DNA of 23,619 nt from Silvanigrellaceae bacterium (lineage in GTDB: Bacteria; Bdellovibrionota_B; Oligoflexia; Silvanigrellales; Silvanigrellaceae). Below are positions 17,285 through 23,619 of the stretch, one piece after another. The first letter of the stretch is position 1, and the number at the start of each line of letters is the position of its first letter. Position numbers and translations under genes: made by a program. Below the pieces are notes generated by a model. It was given only the letters and a program-made list of their open reading frames with translations, was not told the origin of the DNA and did no database searches. Where the stretch lies: NCBI GenBank assembly GCA_049423385.1, contig JBMSQQ010000054.1, positions 1 through 23,619 on the forward strand, read 5' to 3'.

Positions 17285-18307
17285 TCAGGACGCACGGTCG
17301 TTGCTGCTGGTCACCGATTCCAAACCACCTTGGGAAACCTGGTTTCGGCCGGCTGATTTTGCCTGATAAAGGGCTTTGTCGGCCATCTGCAGGAGGCTGT
17401 TCATATCGGAGGCGCCGCCGCCTTCGATGTAGGTTGCCGAACCAACACTCACGGTCACCACATTGCAGGCTGAATTGTTTTCATGACGAATAGAAAGGCC
17501 CCGGACGGTCTCCAGGATCCTCTGACCAATCACTCCAGCTCCTGCAGCGTCGGTATCCGGGAGTATGATGGCGAATTCTTCACCACCATATCTCGCAAGC
17601 ATGTCACCGGGTCGCTTGATGGAGGCCGACACTTCCTGCGCCAACTTTCGCAGGCACAAATCACCTGCCTGGTGACCATAGGTGTCGTTGAACAGCTTGA
17701 AATGATCCACGTCAAACAGAAGCAGCGAAATTGGGCGGTGATTTCGTCTTGCCCGTTTGAATTCCTGTTCCAGGGTTTGATCAAAAGCACGTCTGTTTGC
17801 AACACCGGTGAGTTGATCAATCAGTGAGAGTTTCATCAGCACCTGAGTCAGGTCGCGCAGCTGATTGGCAATTTCGGTGATTTCATTCTCTCGGGCTTTT
17901 CTTCGGTCAATCTCGTGGTTCAATCTCAGGCTTGAGTGTATCCGCGCTTTGGCTTCGGAACGGTTGATTGGCTTGCGCAGGAAATCGTTTGCACCATAGG
18001 CATAGGCAGTGCGCACATGTTGATCAAAATCCATTTCGGAAGTCACAATGATGGGGATATCCTTGTATCGAACATCGGTCTTCAACATCCTCAGAAAATC
18101 CAGCGATTCCGGAACCTGATCGAGGTCGAGGATCAACAAATTTATGTCTACCCTGATGTTTTGTTGATTGCAGCCCAGAAGGTTCATCGTTTCCTTCAAT
18201 TTCGAGAGATCGTCGGTGCAGAGCGAGTCAAAATGCCCGGCCTCTTGCAAAACCTCTGTTAAATCAGACAGATGTTGCTTGTCGTGGTCATATACTGCAA
18301 TCGACAT
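17285..18307 (-). CDS. REC-GGDEF diguanylate cyclase (WspR/PleD-like)
   Basis: REC domain (LLILD, IIVTS, FLRKP), coiled-coil linker, DQLTGVANRR, DVDHFK..ND.YGH, I-site RPGD, active site RYGGEEF. GGAGG before ATG 18307. Confidence 0.95.
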   Translation of the reverse strand: MSIAVYDHDKQHLSDLTEVLQEAGHFDSLCTDDLSKLKETMNLLGCNQQNIRVDINLLILDLDQVPESLDFLRMLKTDVRYKDIPIIVTSEMDFDQHVRTAYAYGANDFLRKPINRSEAKARIHSSLRLNHEIDRRKARENEITEIANQLRDLTQVLMKLSLIDQLTGVANRRAFDQTLEQEFKRARRNHRPISLLLFDVDHFKLFNDTYGHQAGDLCLRKLAQEVSASIKRPGDMLARYGGEEFAIILPDTDAAGAGVIGQRILETVRGLSIRHENNSACNVVTVSVGSATYIEGGGASDMNSLLQMADKALYQAKSAGRNQVSQGGLESVTSSNDRAS

Positions 18308-18467
18308 GTCGCCCCACCTCCATACCATGGGGTTTTCGGCCAATTTCGGGCGAACTTTAGAGTTGGAGCGAAATGAAAAATCAGCAGAGGTCTTGGAGGG
18401 ATGCGGCAGACATGGCATACATTCCACGCTCTCATTTTGAACTTCAACCGCCTCGGAGACATCTGCC

Positions 18468-20624
18468 TTGAATGCACCGACACGCCCTTATTTGAGTTGG
18501 CCCAGCATGCCTGGAGCGCAGACGATATCTGAATTTGAAATTGACGGAGTGTCGCTGTCCAAGTTGAGGGAGCTTGAAAAAGGGCCCCTGTTTGCGACAT
18601 CGTTGAACGCCGTGCGCCAACGGGCGGAAGTCTACGTGAATCGACTCGCAAGTCATTTTCCAACTTCCAAAATCTTTTATGCGATCAAAGCCAATGCTGC
18701 TCCTGCCATTCTGCGCGAGGTGACTCGGGCAGGTTGTGGTGTCGACATTGTGTCAATCGGCGAATTCCGGGCAGCCCGGGCAGCCGGTGTCCCGGCATCG
18801 GAGATTTGCTTTGCCGGCGTGGGCAAACTGAAATCCGAAATCATTGAAGCCTATGAATCTGGCTTGGGTGTCATCAATGTTGAGCACGCACAGGAGTTGT
18901 CATTCGTCTTGGATTTGTGGGCGGAGAAGCGCAGGACAATCGAGGGTGCAAAATCAAAATCGGGAGCCCAGTCGGCTGGTGCTTCAGGGAGTCACCCGAA
19001 TCAACCGCTTGTCGCGATTCGCCTGAATCCATGTGTCGAATCGCAAACCCATCCGCATCTGAAAACAGGTGCGCTTGATTCCAAGTTCGGCTTGCTGCTC
19101 TCACAAATCGACGAATGGGTGCAGGGAACCCGGATGCGGTTTACAAAACAGGGGCAATTCGATGAACCAGGGTTTGCCGATTTTGTGGGTCCATTGCGTG
19201 GATTGCACGTTCACATCGGTTCACAGCTGCAGAGCCATGATGTTTTTCCTTTGGTTGTCCAGCGCATCAAGGAATGCGTGAGCATGCTGAATGCCAAAGG
19301 GATTGTGATCGACCATCTCGATCTTGGTGGTGGTCTTGGCGTGGGGCCATCGGGTGTCCCCACAGACGCATCCGACATCGAGGCTCACGTGGACTTTCAA
19401 GCAAATGCCTTGAAAGGGATGATTGCTTCAGAGCCGGAGTTGCAAAAGATCTGGGGAGTGAACTGTGAAAAGCTGAGCGTTTGTCTGGAGCCTGGCCGAA
19501 GCATGGTGGCCAGCAGCACTGTGTTTTTAAGTGAAGTTCTTTATGAAAAGGCCAATCTGGAGTCCGTCCGGTTCGCATATGTCGACGCGGGAATGAATGC
19601 TTTTCCAAGGCCGGCAATTTATGGCGCGGAGCATGCAACAGCCTGTGCCAACAAGCCCAACGTCAATCTCATTTCCTACAAGGTTTTTGGCCCCGTGTGC
19701 GAAAGCGGAGACGTTCTTGCCCGTGAGGCGCGATTGCCGCAATTGTTTGCCGGTGACGTGGTGGCATTCTTTGAAGCGGGAGCCTATTGTCGCTCGATGG
19801 CGAGCCATTACAACCTGCGCACTATTCCGGCCGAGATTTTTCTGCGCGATGGTCGGGTTGTTGAATTCACGCCGGCAGTCGATCCGACGGCAACCCTTGA
19901 TCCAAATTTTGCGAGAGCAGATGCTTTTGCGGCAACCGTTTCTGCGCGCAGGAGCGTCAGGGTTTTCGACGCCGCAAAGCCAATTCCAAAAGATGTGATG
20001 GATCGCGCAATGGATCACGCACTTCTTGCGCCCAACTCCTCCAACTTGCAGATGTGGGAGTTTTATTGGGTTCGTGATGCCACCAAGAAACAAAAACTCG
20101 TCAAGGCCTGCTTGTCTCAACCTGCGGCCCGCACGGCCAGTGAGTTGATTGTCTGTGTTGCCCGAACGGACACATGGGCAGCGAACAGGCAACGCATGCT
20201 CGATACTCTCGGCAAGGCCGAGAAAGTGTCTGCCACGGTCAGGAAATACTACGAGAAGCTCGTTCCGCTGGCGATGAATCAGGGCCCACTGGGATTGTTT
20301 GGAGCGCTCAAGGCTTTTGGTGTTTGGTGCGCGGGTCTCTTTCGGCCTGTGCCTCGTCAGCCAACCTCGAGAGCGGACATGCGGGTTTGGTCTGTGAAGT
20401 CGACGGCTCTTGCCTGCGAAAACCTGATGCTTTCGCTCAGGTCACAGGGTTTCGACACATGTCCGATGGAAGGCTTCGATTCGGTCCGGGTTAAAAAGCT
20501 CATCGGTTTGCCGAGGCGTGGTTGTGAAATCGTGATGGTGGTTGGAGCCGGTGCCGGAAAGCCGGAAGGGATTTACGGACCACGAGTCCGCTTCGACAGG
20601 AACTTCTACGTGTTCGAAGTCTGA
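18468..20624 (+). CDS. lysA: Diaminopimelate decarboxylase fused to a C-terminal nitroreductase domain
   Basis: N-terminal part: YAIKAN (PLP Lys), SKFG, HVHIGSQ, LGGG, EPGR, RPAIYG, GPVCESGD, GAY..SMASHYN. C-terminal part: RRSVRVF, LAPNSSNLQMWEF, ENLMLSL...GFDTCPMEGFD. Start is TTG 18468 or ATG 18507. Confidence 0.88.
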   Translation: MNAPTRPYLSWPSMPGAQTISEFEIDGVSLSKLRELEKGPLFATSLNAVRQRAEVYVNRLASHFPTSKIFYAIKANAAPAILREVTRAGCGVDIVSIGEFRAARAAGVPASEICFAGVGKLKSEIIEAYESGLGVINVEHAQELSFVLDLWAEKRRTIEGAKSKSGAQSAGASGSHPNQPLVAIRLNPCVESQTHPHLKTGALDSKFGLLLSQIDEWVQGTRMRFTKQGQFDEPGFADFVGPLRGLHVHIGSQLQSHDVFPLVVQRIKECVSMLNAKGIVIDHLDLGGGLGVGPSGVPTDASDIEAHVDFQANALKGMIASEPELQKIWGVNCEKLSVCLEPGRSMVASSTVFLSEVLYEKANLESVRFAYVDAGMNAFPRPAIYGAEHATACANKPNVNLISYKVFGPVCESGDVLAREARLPQLFAGDVVAFFEAGAYCRSMASHYNLRTIPAEIFLRDGRVVEFTPAVDPTATLDPNFARADAFAATVSARRSVRVFDAAKPIPKDVMDRAMDHALLAPNSSNLQMWEFYWVRDATKKQKLVKACLSQPAARTASELIVCVARTDTWAANRQRMLDTLGKAEKVSATVRKYYEKLVPLAMNQGPLGLFGALKAFGVWCAGLFRPVPRQPTSRADMRVWSVKSTALACENLMLSLRSQGFDTCPMEGFDSVRVKKLIGLPRRGCEIVMVVGAGAGKPEGIYGPRVRFDRNFYVFEV

Positions 20625-20687
20625 CAAAGCACCAGTCTTCGAACCATTTCAAAACTCATCGTGTCACTCATTTTCGTGAAGCGCTAT

Positions 20688-21908
20688 TCAGCGCGCGCGA
20701 TTTTCAGCGGCATGTTGCTCATAGATTGAGCGGGGGATGACTGCCAATGTGGCTCCCCACGGGTTGCGGGTCGCCTCGGGAATTTTCGAGATTCCGCGGA
20801 TGTATCCAGATTCCATGCGATAGTATCCATCAACAGAGTCGCCAACCGGAAGGCCGCTTTCATTCAGTTTTGCACCCACACCCCAACTGTTCTTGAACAA
20901 CAGGGCTTCAAGTTCCTCTGCAGGCTTGGCCAACTCTGTCTTGAGTGTTTCCTCGGATACTGCGCCTCTTTTCCCACCCTTGTTGATGAAGTCGGTCACG
21001 AGAACAAGATGTCCTCCATCGCGACCATAATTGGACCAGAAGTAATCCTTGTTCGCGGTGTCGGCTTGAAAAGAGTCACCAGAAATGCGGTCAACGTTGA
21101 TCGGAAATGCCAACGGAACGCTGTGTCCTTTTGAGAGGGTCGTCTTCACAAGCTGGATGAAATTCGGGATATCCGCTTCTTTTTGAATTGCAATGGCTTC
21201 CCAGTCGTCGGCATTGAAGTTCAACACGTTGCGCGCATATTCCTGGGCCGACATGGAGATTCCCTGATACTGAAAATATGCCGGCGGACGCGAGGGAAAT
21301 GCTGTCCCGTAGCGGCCCACCAAAATGAGGTCTTTGATTTGTTCAATTGTCAGTTTCTGGATAATCAAACCATCCGAAATGGCCTTGCGCACGTTCTGCC
21401 GAACGGCCCGTGTAAGATTGTCCCTCTGCTCAGGTGTCTTGATTTTGAACGACCACGCGCTTTCCGGCACAGCTCCGTTGAGCTTTATGAGTGCCAACGC
21501 ATCGTGTTGAACATGTGGTGAATCTTCATACATCGCTGCGAGCTCTTTGGTCGTTCGAGTCGCCCAACCTTCGGGAAGACGCCCACGCATGATGAAATCC
21601 ACCAGATCCTGAGAGCCCATGACAGCAAACTGGGCACGCAGTGCTTCCGCCATGTGTTCGAATGCCAACGCTTCTTCCGAGATGTCGACTTTGATGTTCT
21701 TGATGCGGAGGAGTTCGCTTTCGATGAGGCCTGTCGTGCCGTATGCCCAACAGATTCCAAAGCGCCCTTGGTCGCGGACTTCCGTTTGCGGAATTGAGAC
21801 GGTCTGGAGCGAACTGATGTCGGGAGCCACAGTGGGTCGCTGCCCGCACGCGGCAAGGATTGTGAGACTTAAAGTGCCCAGAAGACGCAAATTTGTACTT
21901 TTGAGCAT
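20688..21908 (-). CDS. Lipoprotein papain-superfamily (C1) cysteine peptidase
   Basis: Lipobox LAAC, DQGRFGICWAY (Gln, Cys), GGHLVLV (His), FKNSWG (Asn), DGYYRM. Confidence 0.88.
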   Translation of the reverse strand: MLKSTNLRLLGTLSLTILAACGQRPTVAPDISSLQTVSIPQTEVRDQGRFGICWAYGTTGLIESELLRIKNIKVDISEEALAFEHMAEALRAQFAVMGSQDLVDFIMRGRLPEGWATRTTKELAAMYEDSPHVQHDALALIKLNGAVPESAWSFKIKTPEQRDNLTRAVRQNVRKAISDGLIIQKLTIEQIKDLILVGRYGTAFPSRPPAYFQYQGISMSAQEYARNVLNFNADDWEAIAIQKEADIPNFIQLVKTTLSKGHSVPLAFPINVDRISGDSFQADTANKDYFWSNYGRDGGHLVLVTDFINKGGKRGAVSEETLKTELAKPAEELEALLFKNSWGVGAKLNESGLPVGDSVDGYYRMESGYIRGISKIPEATRNPWGATLAVIPRSIYEQHAAENRAR

Positions 21909-21988
21909 TTTTTGGGGCCCTCTCTCATTCCTTGACTGACTGTTCGGACAAAACCATTAGTCGGAAATCAGAATTTGGGCAAGTCCGC

Positions 21989-22696
21989 TCAAGGACATCT
22001 TTCCAAAGAAGAATCCATACCAAAGTTCACGTCGCTGCCGTCGACGTTGGCCTGCAGACCCAATTGCGGGAACGGTCTGACGCCTGCTCCTGCCAACTGG
22101 AATTTGAACTGGGTTGTGAGCGGGGCAAAGCGGGATGCCTGGCAAAAAGTTTTACTGAATGATGGCTGCATGATCTGTGTGTTGGTCACGTTCATCAGTG
22201 CATTGTTGAGTGCCTGGTCGGGTCGGAACAAAAGGTTGATTTGGTTCAAGGGGACGAGGGTCTGGAACAGGTATCCATTCGACGAGATGCCTCCGCTCAC
22301 GAGCCTGTCTTTCATTACGCCCACAACCAAAGTCTGGGTGAGCGTGCGAACGTAGTAACCTTGAGGAATCGTAACGGTTGCGGTGAAATTGCAGACCGTG
22401 TTGGTTGTGAGTTTTCCACCACCAAAACGGGCAAGTTTCGGAAGTGAGACTCCCCAGGTGGTCAAAATAATCGAAAGATCACCGCCAGCAGCACTCCAGA
22501 CCACGTTGTCGAGGTGTGGATTGTTGGGGTCTAGACGGCAGGGCGTGCCATCGCCACTTCCGCTGGCTGTCACCGAGTTCCAAACAAGGTCTTCGGCGCG
22601 GGCAGCTTGGGCTGGCAGGAGCGATGCAAAGAAACACGCAAGTATCGCGCGGCAAAAGAGGGTGGCAATGCGGGACGTGCGACTTGAGTGCTGCAT
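21989..22696 (-). CDS. Secreted Cys-patterned protein, DUF4360-like
   Basis: Signal peptide ending ARA-E. Motifs ASGSG...C, CNFTATVTIPQGY and terminal LERCP. Confidence 0.6.
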   Translation of the reverse strand: MQHSSRTSRIATLFCRAILACFFASLLPAQAARAEDLVWNSVTASGSGDGTPCRLDPNNPHLDNVVWSAAGGDLSIILTTWGVSLPKLARFGGGKLTTNTVCNFTATVTIPQGYYVRTLTQTLVVGVMKDRLVSGGISSNGYLFQTLVPLNQINLLFRPDQALNNALMNVTNTQIMQPSFSKTFCQASRFAPLTTQFKFQLAGAGVRPFPQLGLQANVDGSDVNFGMDSSLERCP

Positions 22697-22746
22697 GGTG
22701 GTCACCTTTCGGGAGCTTAAATTTAAGTCTTTTTGTATTTCATCTC

Positions 22747-23472
22747 TTAGTTCGTGCATTTTTCGAGTTCGACAGCCAATTCAAGCTGCTTGTCCTCTGC
22801 CAACTGCACGAGTGCTGAGTCGGGCTGATTTTTGCGCGCGGCAATGAAGGTGTAGTCAAAGCCGAGCATTTGCGAGGTTCCACAGCCCTTGGGGTTCATT
22901 TTGGCCATCATCAAGGCTTCTTCAGATGGCTTGCCATTCACCACAACAATCTCGTCGGCGTTGCGGATGGTTTGACCAGGTTCGATTTCCTTGAGGGACT
23001 GGCCCACAATTTCGCCGTCAAGGCGCAAAAGAAATTGAAGCTTCAGGCCAACGTCGGCGTCTTTTGAATAGACGACCGGTGTTCGGGCGGCCACGCTTTT
23101 AATCCTCATTTTGCCCTGAGGATCGGCAACCATCCTGAGGGCACACTCGCGCGCAAAGGTCATACTTGTCGCCCTGTTTTCAGGCGGCGAAGAGAGCTTG
23201 TACGCGGGAAGCTTGAACTTGAGGACCAGGAGCGAAGAGTTGGACGTTGGATTGGAGCGGATGCCCTGGAATTCAACGTCGCCCGCTTTTTTCATGAAGG
23301 CTCGGCAACCAGAACCCGCAGCCGTCCAGTCTTTCAACACGAGGTTGGCATCTTCGGATTTTGTGGCAGCCAGGCCGCGCTTTGGCAGGCCCGATATGAC
23401 GAGCGAACCAGCGTTTGCAAGAAATCCGGGCAAGAAGCTCGCGAGAATCACCAGACGGTTGCGGGTTTTCAT
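22747..23472 (-). CDS. Secreted Cys-patterned protein, DUF4360-like
   Basis: Signal peptide ending ANA-G. Motifs AAGSGC, RECALRMVADPQG and terminal LEKCTN. GGAG before ATG. Confidence 0.6.
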   Translation of the reverse strand: MKTRNRLVILASFLPGFLANAGSLVISGLPKRGLAATKSEDANLVLKDWTAAGSGCRAFMKKAGDVEFQGIRSNPTSNSSLLVLKFKLPAYKLSSPPENRATSMTFARECALRMVADPQGKMRIKSVAARTPVVYSKDADVGLKLQFLLRLDGEIVGQSLKEIEPGQTIRNADEIVVVNGKPSEEALMMAKMNPKGCGTSQMLGFDYTFIAARKNQPDSALVQLAEDKQLELAVELEKCTN

Positions 23473-23495
23473 GGCGCTGTCTCCGTAGGGTCAGT

Positions 23496-23619
23496 TCATT
23501 GTGCAGGGCAGAATGCCAGTGCTCCAGGACGAACTTCGAACTTCACGTCGAGACCGTCGATGGCCAATTGAGCCTCGTCATACATGTTGTTCTTTTCGAT
23601 GCCCACAGCCAGGTTCGAG
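23496..23619 (-). CDS. Partial CDS (C-terminus only), probable third paralog of the DUF4360-like array
   Basis: Not in the ORF track. The minus-strand frame from 23618 reads SNLAVGIEKNNMYDEAQLAIDGLDVKFEVRPGALAFCPAQ*, which aligns with QLAGAGVRPFPQLGLQANVDGSDVNFGMDSSLERCP of 21989..22696. Confidence 0.65.
   Translation of the reverse strand, partial: SNLAVGIEKNNMYDEAQLAIDGLDVKFEVRPGALAFCPAQ

Noticed and set aside
18468..19900. Decarboxylase as carboxy(nor)spermidine or ornithine/arginine decarboxylase, given the nearby agmatinase
   Set aside because: HIGSQ, THPHLKTG..SKFG, RPAIYG and CESGD are DAP decarboxylase-type signatures.
1..23619. Prophage, transposon or defence island
   Set aside because: No integrase, transposase, phage structural, restriction-modification or toxin-antitoxin genes were recognised, and no obvious compositional break was seen by eye.

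Overview
A gene-dense bacterial chromosomal segment of roughly 50% GC (estimated by eye), with 22 complete CDSs and 2 partial CDSs cut by the window edges. I found no rRNA, tRNA, CRISPR array, integrase or transposase. Housekeeping and metabolic genes: DMT/EamA transporter, RRM RNA-binding protein, a polar amino-acid ABC transporter split over divergent strands, DedA, ADP-ribosylglycohydrolase, LbH acyltransferase, SDR, alpha/beta hydrolase, lysC-agmatinase and a REC-GGDEF diguanylate cyclase. These are interleaved with many exported or lipoprotein genes, including two papain-family (C1) proteases. The gene mix suggests a Bdellovibrionota/Oligoflexia-like organism, but this is inference only. 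Most unusual points: (1) a single ORF fusing diaminopimelate decarboxylase (LysA) to a nitroreductase; (2) an apparently hypothetical 496-aa lipoprotein carrying chymotrypsin-clan His and Ser motifs 364 residues apart; (3) a tandem array of at least three divergent, Cys-patterned secreted paralogs (DUF4360-like) upstream of a lipoprotein cysteine protease; (4) an unexplained ~140-nt rod-like hairpin upstream of the RRM gene; (5) translational coupling of lysC with agmatinase. All family assignments come from motif recognition, not database searches.
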